Positions 7,860-17,113 of a DNA stretch of 36,627 bases are shown in pieces. The notes under the pieces were generated by a model that made no database searches, was not told where the DNA came from, and saw nothing but the letters and a program-made list of their open reading frames with translations. The position numbers and the translations under genes are program-made. Position 1 is the first letter of the stretch, and each line of letters starts with the position of its first letter. Source of the stretch: a virus (taxonomy: Duplodnaviria > Caudoviricetes); the IMG/VR virus record IMGVR_UViG_3300018414_000182, positions 1 through 36,627 of that record. The stretch is one strand, 5' to 3'.

Positions 7860-8887
7860 TGGCAACCTCCAAATACCAGCAACTGATTATTCGCCGCCGG
7901 CACATCGGCCAAGGGCGCCAACAGTTGGTGATCCTGCTCGCCGGTGGCGCTGCTGATGGCTTCGCGGATATGGCTGAGCAACAGGGTCTGGCCCAGACCG
8001 GCCTCGCGGCTGTGCAGGTCGCGCAGTTGGCTCTCGACGGCGGCGCGCACCGCGCTGGTGTCGGGGGTCAGGCGCAAGGTGTAGGTCACCGGCAGCATCA
8101 CCGGGGCCAGCACCTGCACCTCGGCGGTGACCGGGCGCAGCGGCTCGATATAGGCCTGGACCTGCGCCAGTTGCTCGGCGTTGGGGATCGGCAGCGGGTC
8201 ATCGTCACGCATGACGAACAGGCCCACCGTGCCTGGCCCCAGGTAGTTGCGCCGGCACCAGGCGCGGGTGATGCCTGGGCATTCCAGGGCCCAGGTTTCG
8301 TAGTCGTCCGCCGAGCCGCCGTGGGGAATGATCCGATAGGAGCGAATCACCCGGGAGCGCAGGGATTCGAGGCTTTCCCGAGCCACGCCACCGCTCAGGC
8401 CCGGGGCCAGGACGGTGAACGCGTTGCCGATGCCTTGCACCGGCTGCACCGCGGTCAACTCCAGGCCCGCATCGGCATTGCCCAGGGCCCCGCCATCGAC
8501 CGCCTGGATCGTGGTGCTGTTGAGCCCGGCGCTGGTGGTGCGCGCGGCGGTCACCTTGTAGCTGCGACCGTCGCTGCTCTGCAGCAGGGTATCGACATCC
8601 AGCACGGCGCCGGCCGCGGCCATGAAGCTGACGCTGCCACGGGCCGCCTGGGCGGCCTTGCGCGGCTGGTTCAGGCGCAGCGCGGCGATGCGCTCCAGGG
8701 TCGACTCATCGGCCTTGTCCGGAAGGATCTGCTCGGCGATCCAATCCAGGTAGCCGTACAGGCCAAAGGCGGCACCACTCAGGGTGCGGGCCAGCACTTG
8801 GGCATCGGACTGGCGCAGCGAATCGCTGGCCAGGTCGCTTTGGGTGCGCTGAATCAGCACCGGCAGCGAAGGGGTTTCAAACGGCAT
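7847..8887 (-). CDS. Baseplate J / Mu gp47-like protein
   Basis: PFETPSL, QILPDKAD, ESLESLRSRV...HGGSADDYETWALE, GPGTV motifs. Confidence 0.92.
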   Translation of the reverse strand: MPFETPSLPVLIQRTQSDLASDSLRQSDAQVLARTLSGAAFGLYGYLDWIAEQILPDKADESTLERIAALRLNQPRKAAQAARGSVSFMAAAGAVLDVDTLLQSSDGRSYKVTAARTTSAGLNSTTIQAVDGGALGNADAGLELTAVQPVQGIGNAFTVLAPGLSGGVARESLESLRSRVIRSYRIIPHGGSADDYETWALECPGITRAWCRRNYLGPGTVGLFVMRDDDPLPIPNAEQLAQVQAYIEPLRPVTAEVQVLAPVMLPVTYTLRLTPDTSAVRAAVESQLRDLHSREAGLGQTLLLSHIREAISSATGEQDHQLLAPLADVPAANNQLLVFGGCQWQQ

Positions 8888-9275
8888 AGGTCACCTGCCA
8901 ACTGTGAATGGGGTTGAGGTCCAGGCGTTCGCCGTCGGCCAGGATCAGCACCGTGCGCAGGTTCAGGCGCTGGGCGTCGAGGCGCTCGGTGATGATCTCC
9001 ACGGCGTTGCAGTGGCCATCGTCGATCAACCATTGCAGGGCCTCGCGGGCATAGAATTCGGCGTCGAGCTGGGTCTGCCGGGTCAACTTGACCCGGCGCA
9101 GCAGCCACAGGCGCGAGCCGATGCGGTCGTCGGCCACGCTGGGAAAACTGTCGCCCCACCAGCCGTAGCGCTGGTCGTCGTCCAGCGCGTCGTCATCGGC
9201 GGCGCGACGCCAGGTGAACAGGCTGATTTCCACGGCCCGGGTCAGGGCGTTCTTCAGGTCATAGGTGGCGAACAT
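8877..9275 (-). CDS. Mu gp46-like baseplate protein
   Basis: AVEISLFTWRRA, GWWGD, IGSRLWLLRR, YAREALQWL motifs. Confidence 0.9.
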   Translation of the reverse strand: MFATYDLKNALTRAVEISLFTWRRAADDDALDDDQRYGWWGDSFPSVADDRIGSRLWLLRRVKLTRQTQLDAEFYAREALQWLIDDGHCNAVEIITERLDAQRLNLRTVLILADGERLDLNPIHSWQVTYAV

Positions 9276-9277
9276 GC

Positions 9278-9784
9278 TTAACCTCCCACGGGTACGCCGG
9301 TCTGGCCAGGACCGGGTTGCACGCCGCTGTGGACGTGGTTGATCTGGCTGATGCCGGCGGCGACCTGATCGCCCTGGGAGACGATCTTGCCGCTCATGCT
9401 CAGGGTCGGACTGTCGATGTTGACGCCGCTGCTGGCGCGGATATTCAAGGTCGCGGTGTCGATGTCGATGACCCGCCCGCGCTTGAAGTGGATCTTGTCG
9501 CCCTCGTCGGTGTAGATCGCCACTTCACCGGCGGCCAGGGCCTGCAAGCGGTAGCGCCGGTCGGCCACCACCAGCACCACCGCGTGGGAACGGTCGCCCC
9601 CCAGAAAGGTGGCGATGCCCTCGGCGCCGGCCAGGGGATTGCTGGTGAAACCGTAAGGCTCGAAATGCTCCATGTCGTCGTTGACCTCGCCGGCGGTAAG
9701 GCGCATTTGCAGCGATTGCAGTTTGTTGGCCGAGTTGGCGAGCACCACGGTGCCCCGCGCCAACAGGCGTGTCAGTAAGCTCAT
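9278..9784 (-). CDS. Baseplate spike, Mu gp45-like
   Basis: EHFEPYGFTS, GEVAIY, C-terminal HVH metal-binding tip. Confidence 0.9.
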   Translation of the reverse strand: MSLLTRLLARGTVVLANSANKLQSLQMRLTAGEVNDDMEHFEPYGFTSNPLAGAEGIATFLGGDRSHAVVLVVADRRYRLQALAAGEVAIYTDEGDKIHFKRGRVIDIDTATLNIRASSGVNIDSPTLSMSGKIVSQGDQVAAGISQINHVHSGVQPGPGQTGVPVGG

Positions 9785-9801
9785 GCTGAGTTCCTTGGAG
9801 G

Positions 9802-9877
9802 GTAGGAGCCGGCTTGCCGGCGAACAGGAATTGCGCGGCTTCGTGCCGGATGCCTTCGCCGGCCAGCCGGCGCCTGC
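9802..9877. repeat. REP doublet (REPIN-like, GTAG family)
   Basis: GTAGGAGCCGGCTTGCCGGCGAA ... TTCGCCGGCCAGCCGGCGCCTGC, inverted arms between hub and spike genes. Confidence 0.75.
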
Positions 9878-9892
9878 GGATGGGCGCGGGTT

Positions 9893-10933
9893 TCAGGTGT
9901 TGCCGGGTGTCGGGTTGGCGTCGAAGGTCTGCGGCGGCGCCACCTGCAAGGTGGTGATCGAGCCCTGCTCGGACAGCGACCAGGTGACCTTGGAGATCAG
10001 CATGTCCTGGTCGAAACCCAGCACCGGATCGATCACTCGCACCAGGGTGTTGTGCTTCCACAGGTCGCCATTGCTCTGGCGCCAGCCCTGCACCTGATAG
10101 GTGGTGGTCAGTGCCTTGCCGGTGCGGGTGCCGCACTCCCAGTCAGCGCGCTGCTGAGCCAGTTCGGCGCTCAGTTGCGCGGCTTCGTTGATCACGGTCA
10201 CGCGCTTGCGGGACACCCTGGCGTCGTTGGCCTGACCCGACACCTCGCTGACCGCCGCCCCGCTGCTCTGGTCGCTGCCCTTGTGCTGGCCGATCACCCG
10301 GTACTCGGAAAACACCGCGGAAAAATCCATCGCTGCATTGGCCGAGAGAATGTTCTTGCCCAGCTCCAGGGCATCGCTGGCGCGCCCGCCGCTACCCGGT
10401 GCCGCCAGCAGCAGGTAACCGTCGGCGTCATCGGTGGAGAACACCCGGTACAGCGTCAGCAAACGGTCGATGGAGGCGAACACCGTCTCCCCCGGCACGA
10501 TGCTGTGGGTGTGCAACTTGCCGGTCGGGGCGATCTCGCTGCGCACCCCGACCCCGTAGGATGCAGCCAGGGCGCGAACGATGCTCAGCACGTCCTGCTG
10601 GCGCCATTGGCTCGGCCGGTTGATGGCCGCGCAATCCACCAGATCCTGGGTCAGCGAACCGCCCTGGATGCTCAGGCTGATCTGCTGGCCGTCGTAACTG
10701 ATCGGCGCCTTGTAGACATGCCCGGTGAGCACCAGGTCGCAACCGATGCGCACCTGACAGCGAGCGCCCGGACGGATCCGCACCTGCGAGTCCTGCCCCG
10801 GCCATTGCCAGGTGATGTTGAGGCTGAAGGTGCGGAACTGCCGCTCCAGATCCGCACTGATCTCCACGCTTTTCCAGCCGCTGTAATCCAGCCCGTCCAC
10901 CGTCAGGGTGACGATATTTGCCAGTTCGTCCAT
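9893..10933 (-). CDS. Baseplate hub, Mu gp44/gpP-like
   Basis: VTLTVDG..YSGWKSVEI, TQDLVDCAA, PGETVF, FSEYRVIGQ, QGWRQSNGDLW motifs. Confidence 0.9.
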   Translation of the reverse strand: MDELANIVTLTVDGLDYSGWKSVEISADLERQFRTFSLNITWQWPGQDSQVRIRPGARCQVRIGCDLVLTGHVYKAPISYDGQQISLSIQGGSLTQDLVDCAAINRPSQWRQQDVLSIVRALAASYGVGVRSEIAPTGKLHTHSIVPGETVFASIDRLLTLYRVFSTDDADGYLLLAAPGSGGRASDALELGKNILSANAAMDFSAVFSEYRVIGQHKGSDQSSGAAVSEVSGQANDARVSRKRVTVINEAAQLSAELAQQRADWECGTRTGKALTTTYQVQGWRQSNGDLWKHNTLVRVIDPVLGFDQDMLISKVTWSLSEQGSITTLQVAPPQTFDANPTPGNT

Positions 10934-10936
10934 GGG

Positions 10937-12181
10937 TCACTCCCGAGCGATTTGCAGGTCGGCCGGCGGCAGGAAGCCCGGATGGGCCACCCGGTTGCGC
11001 TGCACCACTTCGCCGACCCGCGTCGCATCGGCGAACCGCTGATAGGCCAGCACCAGCGCCGGCATACTGCTTTTGGGGCTGAGGCTGACCAGTCGCACCC
11101 CCGAAGAGGCCACGGCATTGAGGTGCCCCTGCAGTTGCTGGCGCAGGCTGTTGAGCGCCTGGTAATGCATCGGATCGGCCTTGAGCGCGGCCTGCCAGAT
11201 CAGCTCATTGAGCTGGTCACGCAGGGCCAGCACATCGTCGGCCACCGGCACCTCCAGGCGCTGCACCGGCCGGCTGGCCTGCTGTGCCAGGGGCGGCGTG
11301 TTCTTGAGCTTCACCACGGGCGTGGCCACCGGCAACGCCGACACCAGCCGGGCGATCTGCACCAGCAGCGCATCCTGCACCAGGTTGGCCACCGCCTCGG
11401 CCGCCGCCGTGGTGTCCTTGCCGGTGGTCAGCTTCGGCGCATCGATGCGCCGGGCCGCCTCCACCTGCTGGGAAATATCGGCGAGCATCTGCCGATAGCC
11501 GGTACGGGCAAAATCCTTGAGCCCGCGTACATCCTCCAGCAACCCCTTGAACTCCGTGCTCAACTCCTTGGGTATTTCCTTGACCGCCTTGACCAGGGTG
11601 TTGAGGTCGCCATAGAACTCGATCAACGGCTTGAACTCGTGCTCGATGACCGCATACACCTCTGTCAGCCCCTTGCGCAGCGCATCCACGCCGATCCGCG
11701 CCTGCTTGATCAGGTTGGTGGCGAACTCGAAGCGCAGCACCGCCGAGCCCAGCAAGGTATCGCTGGCCACCAGCACCTGCTGCTGGGTGTTGACCACCGC
11801 CGAGGGAAAGCGCAGCGGCTGGTCCGGATAGAACTTCAGGCTGAAGGTCACCAGGCCGCCATCCTGGCGGCTCTGGGTCATCTCGCATTCGCCGACCTTG
11901 ACCTGCATCCGCCCGAGCCAAGGGTGCACCAGCTCGCCGCTGCCCTCCTCCAGGGCCTTGAGCAGCCTGTCGCGCTGCTCCAGGCAATCGGCACCGACGA
12001 TAAAGGCCGTCAGGTCATGGATCTTCGCCTGCTGGCCAAGGCCCTCGAAAAACGGCTGGTCGCGCTGTGGGTACTCGTGCAACTGGCCTTTCTGGCCCAC
12101 CGGGGTTTTCGCCTGATCGACCCAGAACGGCACGCCGCGAAAGGATGCGGGCAACAAACGATCACGCCAGTTATCCGCCAT
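10937..12181 (-). CDS. Mu gp43/N-like 'DNA circulation' protein (tube initiator)
   Basis: WRDRLLPASFRGVPF, HEYPQRD, GELVHPWLG, C-terminal RNRVAHPGF. Confidence 0.92.
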   Translation of the reverse strand: MADNWRDRLLPASFRGVPFWVDQAKTPVGQKGQLHEYPQRDQPFFEGLGQQAKIHDLTAFIVGADCLEQRDRLLKALEEGSGELVHPWLGRMQVKVGECEMTQSRQDGGLVTFSLKFYPDQPLRFPSAVVNTQQQVLVASDTLLGSAVLRFEFATNLIKQARIGVDALRKGLTEVYAVIEHEFKPLIEFYGDLNTLVKAVKEIPKELSTEFKGLLEDVRGLKDFARTGYRQMLADISQQVEAARRIDAPKLTTGKDTTAAAEAVANLVQDALLVQIARLVSALPVATPVVKLKNTPPLAQQASRPVQRLEVPVADDVLALRDQLNELIWQAALKADPMHYQALNSLRQQLQGHLNAVASSGVRLVSLSPKSSMPALVLAYQRFADATRVGEVVQRNRVAHPGFLPPADLQIARE

Positions 12182-13892
12182 GGGAACCTCCTAGGGAAAG
12201 TGAGCGATAGCCCAGGGTTGAAGCCACGTTCAGGCCGGGTTGATTGGTCTTGGCCTGTTCGGCACGCAGGCCTGCCGGGGCGTTTTCGAAACGCACGGTC
12301 AATCCGCCTTCGAGTTGCGTGCGGTTGTTCGCGGCGTTCTGCTGGATCAGGGCACTGGAATTCTGGGTCAGCGAGCTGCCCTGGGTTGCGGCAAAGGGTG
12401 ATGCCAGCCCGCCTTTACCCTCGGCGTTGATTTGCCTTTGCGCCTCGGTAAAGCCTTCGACCTTGCCGGTGACCGTGGCAATCAACCCTCCGAAACCGCC
12501 TTCGAACAGCTCCTTGATCGGCACCATCAACTCTTGAAGCTTGCTCCACAGCTCGGAAAACCAATCGGCGATAGGGGCCCAATTGGTCATGATCAGCTCC
12601 ATCGGCGACCAGTCGAACAGGACCTCAATGGCCTTCCTGATCGAGTCGATACCCGGTTGCAACTCGGCCCAGATCGAACTGAAAAAGCCCGTAACTGCGC
12701 CCCAGTTGTTGTAAAGAATCACCAGCGGAGAGAAGTCGAATAGCGTTTGCAGGACCTTCTTGATCGCATCGATACCCGGTTGCAGCGCCGCCCAGATCGA
12801 GCTGAAGAAGCTGCTGACAGCCCCCCAGTTGTTGTAAAGCAACACGGAAGGAGAAAAGTCGAACAGCGTCTGGAACACCGTTTTGATCGCCTGGATGCCC
12901 GTTTGCAACGCTCCCCAGATCGACGCGAAGAAGCCGGTGACCGCGCCCCAGCTCTTGGTGATCATGTCCATCGGCACCCAGTCGAACAGGCCTTTTAGAA
13001 AGGCCATTGCCGGTACCGTCAAAGCCTTGAGCAACGCCCAGATCGACGCAAAAAGCCCCGTCAACCCAGCCCAGTTATCGATAATCAGCCCCAGAGGCGA
13101 CCAGGAGAACACCTCTTTGAAGAAGTCGACGACCGACGCCGTCATCGCCTTGATGCTGTCCCAGAGCCCGGCAAAGAACGCCGTGATCGCCCCCCAGTTG
13201 CCGATCAGCATGCCCAAGGGCGTCCAGCTGAACAGGGTTTTCAGTCCTTCCAGCGCCTGCGCCGCAAGATTCTTTACGCCCTCCCAGAGGCTGACGAAAA
13301 AGGCCGAGATCGGCGTCCAGTTGGCAATGATCACCCCGGCCGCCAGGGCGATACCCATGGCAATCAGCATCAGCGGGTTGGCCTTGGCCACCGTGCCCAT
13401 CAGGTCGAGCACCTGGGTCGCACCGGTCACGGCGGTTTGCATCGCCGAGAAGGCAATGGCGCCCATCGCCAGCCCCTCAACCAGCTTGGGATTGTCGTCG
13501 AGCAATGTCCCCACGCTGTTGAGCATGGGCTCCAGACCGACCACCAGCGCCCCCACCGCCGGCGCCAGCGCGGCATCAATGGCCGAGGACACCTTGGCCA
13601 TGGACTGACTGAATACATTCATGCCTTTGGCCGCATCGGCCGATGCGCTGGAGTCGCCGACTTCGGCCAGCTTGCCCTTGAACGCGTCGCAGGCCTTGAT
13701 CCCATCGAGAAACGGGGTAATCAGGCTACCGCCCCTGAACAGACCACTGATATCCAGCTTGCCCAGCCCGGTCTGCTCAAGGTTTTTCTTGAAAGAGTCG
13801 ACCTTGCCTTGAAGGGCGACGAGTTTGGGTGACAGTTGGTCGATGCAGGTCAACAGCACCGACTTCTTCTCTACGGTTTGTGTGTCTGCCAT
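12171..13892 (-). CDS. Tape measure protein of Mu-like tailocin (~573 aa)
   Basis: Position after the chaperone; hydrophobic segment plus W/F-periodic repeats. Confidence 0.88.
   Translation of the reverse strand: MADTQTVEKKSVLLTCIDQLSPKLVALQGKVDSFKKNLEQTGLGKLDISGLFRGGSLITPFLDGIKACDAFKGKLAEVGDSSASADAAKGMNVFSQSMAKVSSAIDAALAPAVGALVVGLEPMLNSVGTLLDDNPKLVEGLAMGAIAFSAMQTAVTGATQVLDLMGTVAKANPLMLIAMGIALAAGVIIANWTPISAFFVSLWEGVKNLAAQALEGLKTLFSWTPLGMLIGNWGAITAFFAGLWDSIKAMTASVVDFFKEVFSWSPLGLIIDNWAGLTGLFASIWALLKALTVPAMAFLKGLFDWVPMDMITKSWGAVTGFFASIWGALQTGIQAIKTVFQTLFDFSPSVLLYNNWGAVSSFFSSIWAALQPGIDAIKKVLQTLFDFSPLVILYNNWGAVTGFFSSIWAELQPGIDSIRKAIEVLFDWSPMELIMTNWAPIADWFSELWSKLQELMVPIKELFEGGFGGLIATVTGKVEGFTEAQRQINAEGKGGLASPFAATQGSSLTQNSSALIQQNAANNRTQLEGGLTVRFENAPAGLRAEQAKTNQPGLNVASTLGYRSLSLGGSHGG
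12540..13235 (-). repeat. Six tandem 41-aa (123-bp) repeats in tape measure
   Basis: F(S/D)(W/F)xP...(N/S)W...F...W units; DNA motif gtcgaa recurs at 12612, 12735, 12858 and 12981 (123-bp period). Confidence 0.9.
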
Positions 13893-14062
13893 CACTGCAC
13901 CTGCTGCATCGCATTGATCCGTTGCGCGTGCTCCAGGGATTCCCGGAGCACATCCAGTGGCCTGGCCATCATCTGTTCGGGGTCGACCTTCCAGAACCAG
14001 GCCAGGTCATAGGCGACAGCGATCAGGTCGGCGATGGCTGCGATGCCGCACTCATGAAAAAA
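13892..14062 (-). CDS. Frameshift extension (GT/E'-like) of the Mu-like tail assembly chaperone
   Basis: -1 frame from T TTT TTC reads ..HECGIAAIADLIAVAYDLAWFWKVDPEQMMARPLDVLRESLEHAQRINAMQQVQ*; its TGA overlaps the TMP ATG. Confidence 0.75.
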   Translation of the reverse strand, partial: FFHECGIAAIADLIAVAYDLAWFWKVDPEQMMARPLDVLRESLEHAQRINAMQQVQ

Positions 14063-14319
14063 CTCGCCACCGCCCAGCTCAAGGCGTTGAGGTCCACTAG
14101 GTCCAGCTGGTTCACCGAGGACGGTGGAATGCCGGCGCAGACCGCGATGTATTTGGCCGCAACATCCATGTCGAGGCTGACTTCTTCGCTCTTGTCGATC
14201 TTGTACGGCAGCGCCTTGATCGCCCGCACTTCCTGCACCGTCGGGCGGCGCAGGCTGAGTTCGGCCAGCGGCTCGCCGTGGGCCTCGATCGGCACTTGCA
14301 GCTTCACCGTGTTGCTCAT
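14023..14319 (-). CDS. Tail assembly chaperone (FluMu gp41-like)
   Basis: LQVPIEAHGE..ELSLRRPT, GIPPSSVNQLDLVD; lies between tube and TMP. Confidence 0.88.
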   Translation of the reverse strand: MSNTVKLQVPIEAHGEPLAELSLRRPTVQEVRAIKALPYKIDKSEEVSLDMDVAAKYIAVCAGIPPSSVNQLDLVDLNALSWAVASFFMSAASQPSPT

Positions 14320-14663
14320 TGCCAGGTCCCCTTCTGCCCTTCGAAGTTCAGTTCGATGCTGGCGTCGTCACCCTTGGCAATAGGCTCGTCCACCAGGTAG
14401 GCGCCGGCCAGCACGTAGACCTTGCCGTTGGCGAACTCACAAGTGACGGTCATGTCGGAACCGGCAATCAGCTGCTTGAGCGGAAAGTCCGGGGTGTGCA
14501 GCGCGGTGACTTTGAACGACGGCGTCAGGTCGGTTTCCTTGTAGAAACCCGGAACCACGGTTTCCCGCTTGACGGCCATCAGCGGTGCTTCGCAGCCGCC
14601 GCTGATGGTCAGTTGAGCGCCGTCCACTTTGACGTAGCAGGTGCCCGCAATCAGTTGACCCAT
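14316..14663 (-). CDS. Tail tube protein (Mu gpM-like)
   Basis: IAGTCYVKVDG, TVTCEFANGKVYVL; follows the sheath. Confidence 0.88.
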   Translation of the reverse strand: MGQLIAGTCYVKVDGAQLTISGGCEAPLMAVKRETVVPGFYKETDLTPSFKVTALHTPDFPLKQLIAGSDMTVTCEFANGKVYVLAGAYLVDEPIAKGDDASIELNFEGQKGTWQ

Positions 14664-14675
14664 GATGTTTCTCCC

Positions 14676-14702
14676 AAAAAATAAGCCCGCTCAAGGCGGG
14701 CT
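14676..14702 (-). terminator. Intrinsic terminator-like hairpin between sheath and tube
   Basis: Minus strand AGCCCGC-cttga-GCGGGCT-TATTTTTT. Confidence 0.65.
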
Positions 14703-14729
14703 GAAAAAGCGCAGTGATGCAGGTCCGGC

Positions 14730-16226
14730 TCAGGCCGCGGCGTCGTACTGCAGGCGGAATTGGTTGAGCAACGCGAACACCCGCAGGCCGTTGATGTAGT
14801 CCGGCGGGAACAGCACGTTGACCCGGCTCGGGTCCTGCACGTCGCGCTCGACGATCAGGTGCTCGGCGAACAGCTCGGCGTTCTCCACATGGCCTTCCAG
14901 CTCCAGCTTGGCGTACTGGGCGATCAGCTCACCGCGAATGGTGCTCGGGGTGACGATCGGCTGGCCGGCGCCGAAGCGGGTGCCGTCAGAGGCCAGCTTG
15001 TGGCGCCCGTACTTGCTGGTGATCACGCTTTGCAGGCGACGCACGATGAACGCCGACTGGTGCATGGTTTCGCTGTCCAGGTAGGAGTTGTCGGCCTGAC
15101 CGTAGGCGTTCTTCTGGTAGGTGGTGATCGCCCGCTGAATGCGCATGTAGCCGCCTTCGTAGTAGGCGGTGGCGATGCCGTAGCTGAGCAGCGACTGGCG
15201 CTCGGTCAGGGTAAAGCGCTCGCTGGCCGGCGCCGGATCGATACCCGGCAGGCTACCGCTCTGGGTCGGACGGCTGGCATCGGCGGAGATGAACACCGAG
15301 GTCCGCGCCGCCAGCGCTGCCGCCTGGACCCACACCGGCTGAGGCACACCGGTTTCCAGGGCCTGGATGGTGATGTGCTGGTCGTTGCGCGCCTGGCCGG
15401 CCGCCACCAGGGTGCCGACGGTGCCGCGCTTGGCACTGTAGACATGGCCGAACAGCTGCTTGGCCCAGGACCAGCGGCCGGTGTTGTCGTCCATCACCGC
15501 TTGCCAGGCATTGAGGCTGGCGGTGTCGGTCCAGGGCATGCAGATGAACTCGAACGGCTCGTCGCCCAGGGCCGCCAGGGCCGCGACCTGATCCGGCACG
15601 CCAGTGCCGCCGGCCATCTTGCCCAGCACCAGGGTCAGGCCGGCCGGGGTTTCTTCGCCATTGCTCTTGCCCAGGCGATTGAGTTGCAGGCTGATGTCGT
15701 TGCCGCTGTCGCCGGTCCACTTGGCGCTCAGGGTCACCGTGCCGTCGACCGCAGCCGCAGTTACCGGCAGGTCCACCGCCGCGTTGATCTTCAGCGCCAG
15801 GGCGCTGGCGGCCTGGGCGGCGCTGGCGCCACTGACGATCGAGGCCTGCACCCGTACCCCGCCGACGTACAGATTGAGCAGGCCGGCGGCGCTGGCGCTA
15901 CCGGTGATTTTCAGCTCGGCCTTGGCGACGCTGCCTTCGGTGCTGTGCAGCGGCAGGCACCAGATCTCCCCCACCGGGTCGGTCTTGCGCCAGGTTTCAT
16001 ACATCGAAGCGAGCATCGAACCTTGCCCGCCGATGCTCTTGGCCAGGGCCACGCTGGACACCAGCACCAGCTTGCCGAGGTCGTCGCCGGTCTGGTTGTC
16101 ATTGACTTGGGCGACGATCAGACGGCGCATGGCCGAAGACGCGCTATTGGCCGCCGAGTTGTCCATCTCGGCGTAGAACAGCGGAACACGGATGTCCGCC
16201 GGGATATTGCTGAAACCGATCGCCAT
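14730..16226 (-). CDS. Tail sheath protein (Mu gpL-like), 498 aa
   Basis: IGFSNIPADIRVPLFYAEMDNS, AITTYQKNAYG.ADNSYLD, PPDYINGLRVFA motifs. Confidence 0.95.
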   Translation of the reverse strand: MAIGFSNIPADIRVPLFYAEMDNSAANSASSAMRRLIVAQVNDNQTGDDLGKLVLVSSVALAKSIGGQGSMLASMYETWRKTDPVGEIWCLPLHSTEGSVAKAELKITGSASAAGLLNLYVGGVRVQASIVSGASAAQAASALALKINAAVDLPVTAAAVDGTVTLSAKWTGDSGNDISLQLNRLGKSNGEETPAGLTLVLGKMAGGTGVPDQVAALAALGDEPFEFICMPWTDTASLNAWQAVMDDNTGRWSWAKQLFGHVYSAKRGTVGTLVAAGQARNDQHITIQALETGVPQPVWVQAAALAARTSVFISADASRPTQSGSLPGIDPAPASERFTLTERQSLLSYGIATAYYEGGYMRIQRAITTYQKNAYGQADNSYLDSETMHQSAFIVRRLQSVITSKYGRHKLASDGTRFGAGQPIVTPSTIRGELIAQYAKLELEGHVENAELFAEHLIVERDVQDPSRVNVLFPPDYINGLRVFALLNQFRLQYDAAA

Positions 16227-16408
16227 TATTTGGCTCCTTGAGATTTCGCCGCTTTCACGGCTTTGCTAGTGATATCGCCATCGGCCAGACGCCGGCGCCA
16301 CCAGGCGTTGTCCGGCACTTCACGGCCGGAGGCGGGCAGCAGATCGCCTGCTTCCGGGTCCGGTACGGCGCGGCCAGCGACCGGCAGCACGGTGATGCGT
16401 TTGCTCAT
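16226..16408 (-). CDS. DUF2635 / Mu gp38-like small protein
   Basis: GRAVPDP...LLP..GREVP...WWRRRLADGD pattern; precedes the sheath. Confidence 0.88.
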   Translation of the reverse strand: MSKRITVLPVAGRAVPDPEAGDLLPASGREVPDNAWWRRRLADGDITSKAVKAAKSQGAK

Positions 16409-16989
16409 TGCTTCAGCTCTCCTGAAAAAGTCAGCTCCAGGCGCCCATCGGGGCCCGGTTTCTTCAAATTGGGATCCGCCGGATCGATGGCATCGACCCG
16501 CACCGTGACCCCGGTCAAGGACGGCAAGCCGTCGAGTTCACGCTCATGCCAGGTTTCCGCCGGCTGGCTGGGCAAGTTGCGCCCCAGCTGGAACTCGGCG
16601 AAGAAGCGCAGGCGGTAGAGCAAGCGGGTGGCGTCGAGCGACACCAGCTCGCCGCCGTCGTATTGGATCGGGTTGTACTCGGCTCCGGGCTTGAAACCGA
16701 CCAGGGCGCGCCATAGTTCGGCACGCAGGTCGTGGAGTTGGTCTAGGGCTTGTTGTGGGTTGCTGGCATCGAGGAGCAGGACGACTTCGAAGCGGTCGCG
16801 GATGGTCTGACGGTGAACGTTCTGGGCAGTGTTGCCGGAAGCCAAGTCGTTGATCGGAGCCCAGTACGCAGCCGGTAGGGGTTGGCTGGTGTTACCGCCC
16901 AGAGTATCGAGGTTGATGCCCGCCAGAATGCGCCCGCTGAGACGGGGACACTGGCTTTGCAGCTGGTTGATAACAGCGCTGAGTTTCAT
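16405..16989 (-). CDS. Tail terminator/completion protein (Mu gp37-like position), 194 aa
   Basis: ATG at 16989 (MKLSAVINQL); LRAELWRALVGFKP..YNPIQYDGG; first gene of the second module. Confidence 0.75.
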   Translation of the reverse strand: MKLSAVINQLQSQCPRLSGRILAGINLDTLGGNTSQPLPAAYWAPINDLASGNTAQNVHRQTIRDRFEVVLLLDASNPQQALDQLHDLRAELWRALVGFKPGAEYNPIQYDGGELVSLDATRLLYRLRFFAEFQLGRNLPSQPAETWHERELDGLPSLTGVTVRVDAIDPADPNLKKPGPDGRLELTFSGELKQ

Positions 16990-17075
16990 CGAGTGGCTCC
17001 AGGACCGGGACTGATCCAGGTCCGTTGCGGGCTGCCACGATCGAGCATCAGGGCCTCTCGGGAAGCAGTTGCCAT
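16986..17075 (-). CDS. Possible 29-aa leader ORF
   Basis: GGAGA RBS, ATG at 17075, MATASREALMLDRGSPQRTWISPGPGATR*, ATGA overlap with the next gene. Confidence 0.35.
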   Translation of the reverse strand: MATASREALMLDRGSPQRTWISPGPGATR

Positions 17076-17092
17076 AGGTTTCTCCAAGGCAC

Positions 17093-17113
17093 AAAAAACC
17101 CGCCGCAGCGGGT
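17093..17113 (-). terminator. Intrinsic terminator between cargo genes and second tailocin
   Basis: Minus strand ACCCGC-tgcg-GCGGGT-TTTTT. Confidence 0.75.

Noticed and set aside
10052-12430. Long plus-strand ORFs (also 7850-8917, 14760-16241, 22281-23846, 24303-25541)
   Set aside because: Antisense shadows of well-supported minus-strand tail genes, with no recognisable motifs.
12540-13235. CRISPR-like periodic repeats
   Set aside because: In-frame coding repeats of the tape measure, with no repeat-spacer structure and no cas genes.
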